Below, piece after piece: positions 46,868 through 57,295 of a DNA stretch of 64,000 bases. The position numbers and the translations under genes were made by a program. How positions within the stretch are numbered: the first letter of the stretch is position 1; each line of letters opens with the position of its first letter. The notes under the pieces are model-generated. The model was not told the DNA's origin and searched no databases. It worked only from the letters and a program-made list of their open reading frames with translations. The DNA is from an uncultured Actinomycetota bacterium (GTDB taxonomy: Bacteria > Actinomycetota > Actinomycetes > Propionibacteriales > Nocardioidaceae), in contig CAVQGT010000002.1 of assembly GCA_963712145.1 (NCBI GenBank), positions 294,678 to 358,677 of the forward strand, written 5' to 3'.

Positions 46868-49800
46868 GTGGGTGTTCAAGGTCTGGCCGACCTGGTCCTC
46901 GAGGACAAGGTGCTGGCGGCGGCGGTCGAGGACGCACGCTCGGGGGCCGTCCCTGCGCTCGACCTGACCGGGCCGTCGGCGCTGCGGCCGTTCGTGGTGC
47001 GCGGCCTCGTCGACGCCGGCCGCACCGTGCTCGCCGTCGCCGCCACGGCACGGGAGGCCGAGGACCTGGTCGAGGCGCTCGGCAGCCTGATGGACCCCGC
47101 CCTGGTCGGCTACTACCCGTCGTGGGAGACCCTCCCGCACGAGCGGCTCTCGCCCCGCAGCGACACCGTCGGGCGCCGGCTGGCGGTGCTGCGCCGGCTC
47201 GCGCACCCCGGGGACGACCCGACCAACGGGCCGCTCAGGGTGGTCGTCGCCCCGGTGCGCTCCGTGCTCCAGCCGCAGGTCAAGGGGCTGGCCGACCTCG
47301 AGCCGGTCGAGCTGACCGTGGGGGCGGAGGCCGATCTCGAGGACGTGGTGCGCCGGCTGTCCGCGGCGGCGTACTCCCGGGTCGACCTCGTCGAGAAGCG
47401 CGGCGAGTTCGCGGTCCGCGGCGGCATCGTCGACGTCTTCCCGCCGACCGAGGAGCACCCGCTGCGGGTGGAGTTCTGGGGCGACGAGGTCGAGGAGATC
47501 CGCTCCTTCGCGGTCGCCGACCAGCGCACCCTCGAGTCCGCCACCCGGCTGTGGGCGCCGCCCTGCCGCGAGCTGCTGCTCACCGACGAGGTGCGCGAGC
47601 GGGCCCGGCAGCTCGGCGAGCAGCACCCGCCGCTGCGCGAGATCACCGAGAAGCTCGCCGAGGGACATGCCGTCGAGGGGATGGAGTCGCTGGCTCCGGT
47701 GCTCGTCGACGACATGGAGATGCTGATCGACCTGATGCCGGCGGACACGCACGTGCTCGTGCTCGACCCGGAGCGGGCGAGGAGCCGGGCGCATGACCTG
47801 GTCGCCACCAGTGAGGAGTTCCTGGAGGCGTCCTGGGCCGCTGCCGCCGGTGGAGGTACGGCGCCGATCGACCTGGGGGCCGCGTCGTACCGGTCGCTCG
47901 GCGACGTCCGGGCGCTGAGCCTCGCGCAGGGCAAGCCCTGGTGGAGCGTGTCGCCGTTCGGCATCGCGGACGAGGGTTTCGAGACGCTCGCTTCGCTCGC
48001 TCCTCAACCACCGGCAGAGCCCCTGCGCGACGTGATGGGCGAGGTCGTCCGGGTCGACGTGGACGTCGAGGCCGGGGCCGTCGAGACCCGGGCGGTGCCG
48101 CTGCAGCCGGTCGAGGAGTACCGCGGCGACATCGAGGCCGCGGTCAGCGACATGAAGACCTGGCTCGCCGGCGGCAGCCGCGTGGTGCTGGTCAACGAGG
48201 GCCACGGCCCCGCGCACCGGATGGTCGAGGTGCTCAAGGAGCACGACGTCCCCGTGCGGTACGTCGAGGCCCTCGGGTCCGCGCAGGAGGTTCCGGAGGA
48301 CCTCGTCGTGGTCACCACGGCCTGCCTGGCACACGGGCTCGTGGGCGACGGGCTCGCCGTGCTCACCGGGGACGACCTGTCCGGGCAGCGCTCGTCCACC
48401 AAGGACATGCGCCGGATGCCGACCCGGCGCAAGCGGCAGATCGACCCGCTCGAGCTCAAGGCCGGCGACTACGTCGTGCACGAGCAGCACGGCGTCGGGC
48501 GCTACATCGAGATGAAGCAGCGCGAGGTGCAGGGCGCGACGCGCGAGTACCTCGTGCTGGAGTACGGCTCCTCCAAGAAGGGGCAGCCCGCCGACCGGCT
48601 CTACGTCCCGACCGACCAGCTCGACCAGGTGACGCGCTACGTCGGCGGCGAGCAGCCCTCGCTCGACCGGCTCGGCGGAGGGGACTGGACGAAGCGGAAG
48701 GGCCGCGCCCGCAAGGCGGTCAAGCAGATCGCGGCCGAGCTGATCAAGCTCTACGCGGCCCGGCAGGCCACGAAGGGGCACGCGTTCGGCCCGGACTCGC
48801 CGTGGCAGCGCGAGCTCGAGGACGCCTTCCCGTTCGTGGAGACCGTCGACCAGCTGTCCACCGTCGACGAGGTCAAGCGCGACATGGAGCAGGTCGTGCC
48901 GATGGACCGGCTGGTCTGCGGCGACGTGGGATACGGCAAGACCGAGATCGCTGTGCGCGCAGCCTTCAAAGCCGTGCAGGACGGCAAGCAGGTCGCCGTC
49001 CTGGTGCCGACGACCCTCCTGGTGCAGCAGCACTTCTCGACCTTCGCGGAGCGGATGTCGGGCTTCCCCGTGGTGCTGAAGGGCCTGTCACGGTTCCAGT
49101 CCGACAAGGAGGCCAAGGAGACGATCGCCGGCCTCGCCGACGGCACCGTCGACATCGTGATCGGCACCCACCGTCTGCTCAACCCGGACATCACGATCAA
49201 GAACCTCGGCCTGATCGTCGTCGACGAGGAGCAGCGCTTCGGTGTCGAGCACAAGGAGCAGATGAAGCGGCTGCGCACCAGCGTCGACGTGCTGGCGATG
49301 TCCGCGACGCCGATCCCGCGCACGCTCGAGATGGCGATCACCGGCATCCGCGAGATGTCCACGATCACCACCCCGCCGGAGGAGCGGCACCCGGTGCTCA
49401 CCTACGTCGGCGCCTACGAGGACCGACAGGTCACCGCGGCGATCCGACGCGAGCTGCTCCGTGAGGGCCAGGTCTTCTACATCCACAACCGCGTGCAGTC
49501 GATCGACAAGGCCGCCGCCAGGATCCGGCAGCTCGTCCCGGAGGCCCGGGTGGCGACGGCGCACGGCCAGATGGGCGAGCACAAGCTCGAGGAGGTCATG
49601 GTCGACTTCTGGGAGAAGCGGTTCGACGTGCTCGTCTGTACGACGATCGTGGAGTCCGGCCTCGACGTCTCCAACGCCAACACCATGGTCATCGAGCGAG
49701 CGGACACGCTCGGCCTCTCGCAGCTGCACCAGCTCCGCGGCCGGGTCGGCCGGGGACGCGAGCGTGCCTATGCCTACTTCCTCTACCCGGCCGACAAGCC

Positions 49801-50518
49801 GCTGACCGAGACCGCGCACGAGCGGCTGGCCACCCTGGCCCAGCACTCCGACCTCGGCGGCGGCATGGCCATCGCGATGAAGGACCTCGAGATCCGCGGC
49901 GCCGGCAACCTGCTCGGCGGCGAGCAGTCGGGCCACATCGCCGACGTGGGCTTCGACCTCTACGTGCGACTCGTGGGCGAGGCCGTCGCCGAGTTCCGGG
50001 GCGGCCCCGCCGAGGACGAGGCCCTCGACGTCAAGATCGAGCTGCCGATCGACGCGCACCTCCCGCACGACTACGTGGGCAGCGAGCGGCTGCGCCTCGA
50101 GATGTACAAGCGGCTCGCCGAGGTCCGCACCGACGAGGACGTCGCCCTCATCCACGAGGAGCTGGTCGACCGCTACGGCGAGCCCCCCGCCGCCGTCGCC
50201 TCGCTGCTGGAGGTGGCACGTTTCCGGGCGCGGGCACGCGGCGCGAAGCTGACCGATGTCACGGTGCAGGGCAAGTACCTCCGCTTCGCGCCGGTGGAGC
50301 TGCCCGACTCGATGACCGTGCGGCTCAACCGGTTGCACCCCGGCAGCATCTTGAAGACGAACCTGCGTACGATGCTCGTGCCCCGTCCCTCGACCGCCGT
50401 CGTGGGTGGCACGCCCATCCGCGACGAGGCCCTGCTGGCGTGGGCCCGTCAGGTAGTCGACACAGTGATTGACCCCGCGGGAGCGACTCCGGTGGGGGAG
50501 AAGGTGGAGAAGTCGTGA
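46868..50518 (+). CDS. mfd: Transcription-repair coupling factor
   Basis: WETLPHE, RGGIVD, HGVGRY, GDVGYGKTE, DEEQRFG, SATPIPRT, QLRGRVGR, DLEIRGAG; start 46838 or 46868. Confidence 0.97.
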   Translation: MGVQGLADLVLEDKVLAAAVEDARSGAVPALDLTGPSALRPFVVRGLVDAGRTVLAVAATAREAEDLVEALGSLMDPALVGYYPSWETLPHERLSPRSDTVGRRLAVLRRLAHPGDDPTNGPLRVVVAPVRSVLQPQVKGLADLEPVELTVGAEADLEDVVRRLSAAAYSRVDLVEKRGEFAVRGGIVDVFPPTEEHPLRVEFWGDEVEEIRSFAVADQRTLESATRLWAPPCRELLLTDEVRERARQLGEQHPPLREITEKLAEGHAVEGMESLAPVLVDDMEMLIDLMPADTHVLVLDPERARSRAHDLVATSEEFLEASWAAAAGGGTAPIDLGAASYRSLGDVRALSLAQGKPWWSVSPFGIADEGFETLASLAPQPPAEPLRDVMGEVVRVDVDVEAGAVETRAVPLQPVEEYRGDIEAAVSDMKTWLAGGSRVVLVNEGHGPAHRMVEVLKEHDVPVRYVEALGSAQEVPEDLVVVTTACLAHGLVGDGLAVLTGDDLSGQRSSTKDMRRMPTRRKRQIDPLELKAGDYVVHEQHGVGRYIEMKQREVQGATREYLVLEYGSSKKGQPADRLYVPTDQLDQVTRYVGGEQPSLDRLGGGDWTKRKGRARKAVKQIAAELIKLYAARQATKGHAFGPDSPWQRELEDAFPFVETVDQLSTVDEVKRDMEQVVPMDRLVCGDVGYGKTEIAVRAAFKAVQDGKQVAVLVPTTLLVQQHFSTFAERMSGFPVVLKGLSRFQSDKEAKETIAGLADGTVDIVIGTHRLLNPDITIKNLGLIVVDEEQRFGVEHKEQMKRLRTSVDVLAMSATPIPRTLEMAITGIREMSTITTPPEERHPVLTYVGAYEDRQVTAAIRRELLREGQVFYIHNRVQSIDKAAARIRQLVPEARVATAHGQMGEHKLEEVMVDFWEKRFDVLVCTTIVESGLDVSNANTMVIERADTLGLSQLHQLRGRVGRGRERAYAYFLYPADKPLTETAHERLATLAQHSDLGGGMAIAMKDLEIRGAGNLLGGEQSGHIADVGFDLYVRLVGEAVAEFRGGPAEDEALDVKIELPIDAHLPHDYVGSERLRLEMYKRLAEVRTDEDVALIHEELVDRYGEPPAAVASLLEVARFRARARGAKLTDVTVQGKYLRFAPVELPDSMTVRLNRLHPGSILKTNLRTMLVPRPSTAVVGGTPIRDEALLAWARQVVDTVIDPAGATPVGEKVEKS
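47975..48014 (+). repeat. REP-like sequence inserted in frame in mfd
   Basis: GGTTTCGAGACGCTCGCTTCGCTCGCTCCTCAACCACCGG with abrupt A/T-ending codons in an otherwise GC3-rich gene. Confidence 0.65.
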
Positions 50519-51195
50519 CCCGAGCTCGCATCGTCAAGGTGTCCGCCCTCGTCGCAGGTGCGGCGCTGGTGCTGAGCGGCTGCGGAATGCACCCCGGTGC
50601 CGCCGCTGTCGTCGGCGACACCACCATCTCCGGCTCCGAGGTCGATGACGCCGCCGCGGCGCTGTGCTCGGAGGCCCTCAGCGGTGCGAAGGCGCGCGGC
50701 GAGGCCAAGCCCGAGCTCGCCTCCCGTGCGGCTCGGCAGGCCGCGGTGGGTCTGCTCATCGACAGCGAGCTGTCGCGCCAGTTCGCCGAGGAGCAGGGCG
50801 TCGAGCCCGACAAGGCGGCGCTCTCGAACGCCTTCGCGCAGAACGCCCAGACGATCGAGCAGCTGCCCGAGGAGAACCGGGAGGGCTACCGCAACGTGCT
50901 CGACGGCTACGTCTCGAGCCAGCTGGTGCTCGCCGAGATCGGCCGCGCGTCGCTCGGCGACCCCAACGCCGCCGAGGACGCGGCGCGGGCGGAGGGGGCC
51001 CGGCTCCGCGGCAAGTGGGCCAAGTCCGTCGACATCGAGGTCGACCCGCGCTTCGGGACCTATGACAAGGGCACCCTGACCGCGACGAGCGGCTCGCTGT
51101 CCTTCCCGGCCTCGGAGCGGGCAGCCGCCGGCGCCAACCCGGAGCCCGCCGCGAACTGGGTGTCCGGCCTGCCGATGTCGCAGAAGTGCGGCTGA
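50515..51195 (+). CDS. SurA N-terminal-like lipoprotein
   Basis: Lipobox LSGC, PGAAAVVG, VDPRFG; between mfd and mazG. Confidence 0.75.
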   Translation: MTRARIVKVSALVAGAALVLSGCGMHPGAAAVVGDTTISGSEVDDAAAALCSEALSGAKARGEAKPELASRAARQAAVGLLIDSELSRQFAEEQGVEPDKAALSNAFAQNAQTIEQLPEENREGYRNVLDGYVSSQLVLAEIGRASLGDPNAAEDAARAEGARLRGKWAKSVDIEVDPRFGTYDKGTLTATSGSLSFPASERAAAGANPEPAANWVSGLPMSQKCG

Positions 51196-52115
51196 CCCTT
51201 CTCGTCACCAGCCCGCGGGTCGCGCCCGGGCTGATGTCGTGGTCGGCGTGGCAGGCCGTCGTGTCCGCGGGACGCCGGCTCGCGTCGAGCGCCGACCATC
51301 CGGTGTGCCGCGCCGTCGTCACGGCCGGTCACCCCGTTGACGTGCTGCCGACTGCCACCGTGGTGGACCTGCTCGACGCCGCGCGGCTCGACGACGTGGT
51401 GTGGCTGGCCGGCGACGCCGAGTCCGAGCAGCTGCCGACCGAGCTCGCCGCGGCGCTGGTGGACGGCCGCGACGACGTCGAGGTCGAGGTGCTGCACGCG
51501 TCGTACGACGTGCCCGGCGCCCGGCTGCTCGACCTGGTCACGGTGATGGACGAGCTGCGCCGCAACTGCCCCTGGGACCGCGAGCAGACCCACGAGTCGC
51601 TGGCGAAGTACCTGCTCGAGGAGACCTACGAGACCCTCGAGGCGATCGAGACCGGGGACTACACGCACCTGCGCGAGGAGCTCGGCGACCTGCTGCTCCA
51701 GGTGGTCTTCCACGCCCGGGTCGCGGCCGAGGACGCCGACGACGCCTTCACGATCGACGACGTCGCGGGCGGGATCGTCGACAAGCTCGTGCACCGGCAC
51801 CCGCACGTGTTCGCGGGCCTCGACGTCGCCGACGTGAGTGAGGTCGAGGCCAACTGGGAGACGTTGAAGCACGCCGAGAAGGGCCGGGACTCCGTGCTCG
51901 AGGGCGTGCCGATGGCGCTGCCGGCCCTGGCCCTCGCCGACAAGGTGGTCGGCAAGGCCGCCAAGGTCGACGTGGTGCCCGTTGCCGGTGACTCCCTCGG
52001 CGACCGGCTGCTGGCGCTGGTGGTCGAGGCCCGGGCCGCCGGCCAGGATCCCGAGCAGGAGCTCAGGAACGCCGTACGCCGGCTCACCGCCGCCGTCCGC
52101 GCAGCCGAGGCCTGA
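51186..52115 (+). CDS. mazG: MazG nucleoside triphosphate pyrophosphohydrolase
   Basis: CPWDREQTHESL, EETYE, EELGDLLLQ, RHPHVF. Confidence 0.93.
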   Translation: MRLTLLVTSPRVAPGLMSWSAWQAVVSAGRRLASSADHPVCRAVVTAGHPVDVLPTATVVDLLDAARLDDVVWLAGDAESEQLPTELAAALVDGRDDVEVEVLHASYDVPGARLLDLVTVMDELRRNCPWDREQTHESLAKYLLEETYETLEAIETGDYTHLREELGDLLLQVVFHARVAAEDADDAFTIDDVAGGIVDKLVHRHPHVFAGLDVADVSEVEANWETLKHAEKGRDSVLEGVPMALPALALADKVVGKAAKVDVVPVAGDSLGDRLLALVVEARAAGQDPEQELRNAVRRLTAAVRAAEA

Positions 52116-52125
52116 CCGCCGAACG

Positions 52126-52737
52126 TCAGAGCATGACCTCGCCGCCACCGGCCGCGAGGGCCTCGGCCACCTGGCGCTTGTTCGCCGCGACGAGCTCGGG
52201 GTCGGTCTTGGGGAGCACGTCGTCCCAGACCGCGAGCATGTAGCCGCGGCCCTGCATCATGCCGAGCGGCCGCGCGTAGAACTGCATGTGGAAGTGCGCC
52301 GAGCCGTCCCCCCAGCGGGCGAAGTGCGTGCGGCCCACGCCCGGCAGGCCCTTGATCGCGCCCGCGAACCGCTGCACGACGTCGCCCATCGTGGCGAGCA
52401 GGTCCGGCGACATCTCGTGGAGCAGGACGTGCTCGTTGGGGGCCAGGCCGCCCCAGAACGGCAGCCCGGTGTCGGCGTGCCCCGCCACGTGCCAGTGGTC
52501 GTCGCGCCAGAGCCAGCCCCAGTCGCCGGGGGTGCAGTGGCCGCACTCGGACGGGTCGAGCTCGCCGTGCCGCGGCTGCTCCGGGACCAGCATCGGCTCG
52601 AGCGGCTTCATCCTCATGTCGCCGGCGAAGCCGATCATCGGGTGGTCCAGCAGCGGCTGCGCGGACAGGCTCTCGCCGATCGGGACGCGGTCGTGCCAGG
52701 GGGAGGACGCGGGCTCGGTGAGGTACTCGTCAGACAT
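52126..52737 (-). CDS. Hypothetical protein, HIT-like
   Basis: CGHC and HFHMQ motifs; ATG 52737. Confidence 0.65.
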   Translation of the reverse strand: MSDEYLTEPASSPWHDRVPIGESLSAQPLLDHPMIGFAGDMRMKPLEPMLVPEQPRHGELDPSECGHCTPGDWGWLWRDDHWHVAGHADTGLPFWGGLAPNEHVLLHEMSPDLLATMGDVVQRFAGAIKGLPGVGRTHFARWGDGSAHFHMQFYARPLGMMQGRGYMLAVWDDVLPKTDPELVAANKRQVAEALAAGGGEVML

Positions 52738-52786
52738 CCGGCCAGTCTGTCGCGACCCGGCGCCGTGGCGGTGTGCGCAACGCCGG

Positions 52787-54469
52787 TCAGCCGAGCGTGG
52801 GCAGCACCAGCGACGAGCCACGCACCTTCGGGCCGAGCGGTCCGTCGGCCAGGTCGACCGTGCCGGGGTTGCCCGGGACCGCCCACACCGTGTTGGAGCT
52901 CTGCACCAGCAGCCCGAACCGGTGCCCGGCCGCGAGGGTGTAGTCCTGCGGCAGCAGCCGCACCTGCACCCGCAGCCACTTCCCGATCACGGGGTCGGCC
53001 GTGCGGAGACCGTCGCGGTAGTCGACGTGCTGGAAGCCCCGGGCGATCACCCGCTGCGACCCGTCGGGCGCGACGTCGACGAGCACCGGCGTCAGGTGCA
53101 TCGTCTCCTGGCTGACGCGCACGCGCGCCCGGAACACCGCGGAGCCCACGAGCCGGGTCCGTGTCGCGACCGGCCGGGAGACATAGGACAGGCCGGGGGT
53201 CGCTTCCTCGGTGGAGGTCCCGGTCTCGTCGTACGACGTCACGTGCCGCTCCATGCCGGCGCGGCCCCTGAGCCGGCCGCCGTCACGCAGCCACAGCCGG
53301 GTCGGTTCGGTCGAGGGCGCGGGATAGTTGCCGAGGACCCGGAACTTCGAGGTCCCGCCGCTGGAGGCGCCCTCGGTGATCACCGGGCCCTCGGTCCGGA
53401 CGTCGTTGCGCTTGCCCTTCAGGGTGTGGGCGAAGAACCGCGCGAGCAGGCCGTCCCACTGGTCGCCGTCGGTGCCGCCGGAGTGCGAGCCCTGGGTGAG
53501 GTACATCAGCTTGAACGGCACGCCCTCGACCCGCGCGGTGCCGGGCTTGTCGACGGGCAGACGACGGAACAGCTCGGTGCCCTCCTCCTGCTTGACGTTG
53601 TAGTCCTTCCAGCCGTGCGCCACGAGCACCGCCGCGCGGAAGTCGTCCGCGTGCCGGCGGTAGTCGCGCTCGGTCCAGAACGCGTCGTAGTCGGGGTTGC
53701 GGTCGTAGCCCTCCTCGGTGTGCTCGACCGCGCCGCACTCGGCGGCCCGGGCCCGGAGTGTGTCGGCGAAGGCCTGCCCCATCGGGTCGGCCGCGACCGT
53801 CTTGCCGAAGCCGGTGTCGAACGCGAGCGGGGTGTCGAAGCCCTCGTCGGTGGGCTCCTCGGAGTTGAGGAAGTAGCGGACCCCGTTGCCGTAGGCGTAG
53901 CCGTACCAGCGGCTGATCGCCGAGATCGGCACGATCGCCTTGAGCTCCGGCACCTCGTTGCCGCGGGCGGCCACCATGGTGGCGGTCGTGCCGTTGTAGG
54001 AGCCGCCGATCATCGCGACCTTGCCGTTCGACCACGGCCGCTTCGCGAGCCACTTCACGACGTCCACGCCGGACTGCTGCTCGAGGCGGCCGCCGTAGTC
54101 CCAGCAGCCGGTCGACCCGCGGGTGCCGATCACGTCGGCGACGGCGCGGGCGTAGCCCTTCGGCACGAACGTCTCGCCCAGGGAGTCGCGAGCGGTCTCC
54201 GGCTCGGCCAGCGAGTTGTAGGGGGAGTAGGTCAGGATGACCGGCTGCTTCGCGGCGTCGTACGCCGTGTCGCGCCAGACCTCGACCCGGATCACCGCGC
54301 CGTCCACGCTCGGCACCAGGTGCACCTCGTAGACCTCGTCGCTGACGGACGAGGCGGCCGGACCTGCGGGCGCCGAGGCGGCGGCCCGTGGACCGGCGAG
54401 CGCGGACAGGGCCAGCAGCGCCGCGACCAGCGGAGCGAGGAGTACGGCGTGCCTTCGGGTCGTCGTCAT
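52787..54469 (-). CDS. Secreted CocE/NonD or Xaa-Pro dipeptidyl-peptidase (S15) family hydrolase
   Basis: Signal peptide with RR, SPY, GTRGSTGC, GGSYNG nucleophile elbow, HGWKDYNV. Confidence 0.88.
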   Translation of the reverse strand: MTTTRRHAVLLAPLVAALLALSALAGPRAAASAPAGPAASSVSDEVYEVHLVPSVDGAVIRVEVWRDTAYDAAKQPVILTYSPYNSLAEPETARDSLGETFVPKGYARAVADVIGTRGSTGCWDYGGRLEQQSGVDVVKWLAKRPWSNGKVAMIGGSYNGTTATMVAARGNEVPELKAIVPISAISRWYGYAYGNGVRYFLNSEEPTDEGFDTPLAFDTGFGKTVAADPMGQAFADTLRARAAECGAVEHTEEGYDRNPDYDAFWTERDYRRHADDFRAAVLVAHGWKDYNVKQEEGTELFRRLPVDKPGTARVEGVPFKLMYLTQGSHSGGTDGDQWDGLLARFFAHTLKGKRNDVRTEGPVITEGASSGGTSKFRVLGNYPAPSTEPTRLWLRDGGRLRGRAGMERHVTSYDETGTSTEEATPGLSYVSRPVATRTRLVGSAVFRARVRVSQETMHLTPVLVDVAPDGSQRVIARGFQHVDYRDGLRTADPVIGKWLRVQVRLLPQDYTLAAGHRFGLLVQSSNTVWAVPGNPGTVDLADGPLGPKVRGSSLVLPTLG

Positions 54470-54509
54470 GCCTGGGCCAACGAGCCACCGTCCCCGGAGT
54501 GACGGGCTC

Positions 54510-54582
54510 ACCCCGCCAAACCGCCCCCGCCCGTCGCGCGGCCGACCCCGCCAAACGGCCCCGCCCGTCGCGCGGCCGACCC
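54510..54582 (+). repeat. ~35-bp direct tandem repeat, 2 copies
   Basis: ACCCCGCCAAAC(C/G)GCCCC(C)GCCCGTCGCGCGGCCG at 54510 and 54545. Confidence 0.8.
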
Positions 54583-54621
54583 AGACCGGCCGATCCGACC
54601 GCCCTCCTTGTCCGCCCGCCG

Positions 54622-54699
54622 CAACAGCACATGAGTGCCGTTCGGACACGTTCCGGCCGAGAATCCGTGCTGCTCGCGCACTCATGTGCGATTGCGACC
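54622..54699 (+). repeat. 78-bp REPIN-like element, left flank of the DUF559 gene
   Basis: CAACAGCACATGAGTGC-N39-GCACTCATGTGCGATTGCGACC; 77/78 identical to 55771-55848. Confidence 0.95.
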
Positions 54700-54791
54700 C
54701 TGGCTGGCGGGTGGGCGGCGGCCGGGTGGCGGCGGGAGCGGCCTGTGGATGACGGGATGCGGGCCGGCGTACTGCTTGGCAGGCTCGGGTC

Positions 54792-55733
54792 ATGGCAGCC
54801 GTCGCCGTCCCGGAAACCCCACTCGACCTGAGCCGACCGTTCACGCGCGCCGACGCGATCCGCGCCGGGATCGACCCGAAGCACCTGCGCGGGTCGCGCT
54901 TTCGGCGCCTCTTCCGCGGCGTCTACGTCCTGCGGTCGACCAAGGTGAACCCGTTCGTGCGCGCGCAGGCCGCCCTGGTGGTCCACCCCCCGAGCGCCTT
55001 CGCCAGCCACGTCAGCGCGGCCCGGGTCCACGGGCTGCCGGTGCCGGCCTGCCCCGACGAGCACGTCTCGGTGCTCCGCCAGCAGGACCGACGCCCCCGG
55101 TCGGGCATCGTGCCGCACGTCGCACGCCCCGGTTCGCTCGTCAGGGTGGTCCGTGGCACGCGCGTGTCGCCGCCGCTCCAGATGTTCGTCGAGCTCGCAT
55201 CGATGCTTTCGCTGGTCGACCTCGTGGTGGTCGGGGATGCCCTGGTGAAGATGTTCGACCTCGACGTGGAGGACCTCACGTCCTGGTGTGCGGCCAGCAG
55301 TGACCCGCACGCGCCGGCCGCCCGAGCCGCCGCGCGCTACGTGCGCGCCGAGGTCGACTCGCCGATGGAGACCCGCCTGCGGATGCTGATCGTGCTGGCC
55401 GGGCTGCCCGAGCCCGAGGTCAACCACAAGCTCCGCGACGCGGGTGGCCGGGTGCTCGTCCGGCTCGACCTCGCCTACCCGCACCTCAAGCTGATCGTGG
55501 AGTACGACGGCCGCCAGCACCTCGACGACCCGGCACAGGTCAGGCGGGACCGGGAACGTCGCGAGTACTTCGACGACGAGGAGTGGCGCATCCTGGTCGT
55601 GACCTGGGAGGGCATCTACCGGGAGCCCGAGCACACGCTGCTGCGCGTGCGCCGCCAGCTCGTCGCTCGCGGCTGCCCGGGCGTCCCGCGTCAGCTGGCC
55701 GAGACCTGGCGCGCCCACTTCCCGGTCCGCTGA
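54792..55733 (+). CDS. AbiEi-like N-terminus plus DUF559/Vsr-like PD-(D/E)XK endonuclease domain protein
   Basis: RRLFRGVY, SHVSAA, DSPMETRLR, GLPEP, RLDLAYP, VEYDGRQH, RDRER, WRIL. Confidence 0.88.
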   Translation: MAAVAVPETPLDLSRPFTRADAIRAGIDPKHLRGSRFRRLFRGVYVLRSTKVNPFVRAQAALVVHPPSAFASHVSAARVHGLPVPACPDEHVSVLRQQDRRPRSGIVPHVARPGSLVRVVRGTRVSPPLQMFVELASMLSLVDLVVVGDALVKMFDLDVEDLTSWCAASSDPHAPAARAAARYVRAEVDSPMETRLRMLIVLAGLPEPEVNHKLRDAGGRVLVRLDLAYPHLKLIVEYDGRQHLDDPAQVRRDRERREYFDDEEWRILVVTWEGIYREPEHTLLRVRRQLVARGCPGVPRQLAETWRAHFPVR

Positions 55734-55770
55734 GGCGCGTGGGGGCCGCCGGGGGGCCGTCGGTCCGTCA

Positions 55771-55848
55771 CAACAGCACATGAGTGCCGTTCGGACACGT
55801 TCCGGCCGCGAATCCGTGCTGCTCGCGCACTCATGTGCGATTGCGACC
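55771..55848 (+). repeat. 78-bp REPIN-like element, right flank of the DUF559 gene (direct orientation)
   Basis: Single A/C difference from 54622-54699. Confidence 0.95.
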
Positions 55849-55956
55849 GCGGGGACGCGGGGCGGCTGGGCGGCCGCGGGGAGGCGGGGCGGCGGGCGGG
55901 GCTCCGGAGGTCCCGGAGGGCGAGCCGTTCCGGGAAGCACCCCGCGGCGGCATTAG

Positions 55957-57282
<1,326 letters not shown>

Positions 57283-57295
57283 GGCGGGGAGCAGC

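Noticed and set aside
51186-52115. MazG as an anti-phage or toxin-antitoxin module
   Set aside because: It is the housekeeping mfd-linked MazG in conserved synteny.
54622-55848. Classical IS or composite transposon
   Set aside because: No DDE, HUH or recombinase ORF; the flanks are direct copies of a palindromic unit, and I could not identify a target-site duplication.
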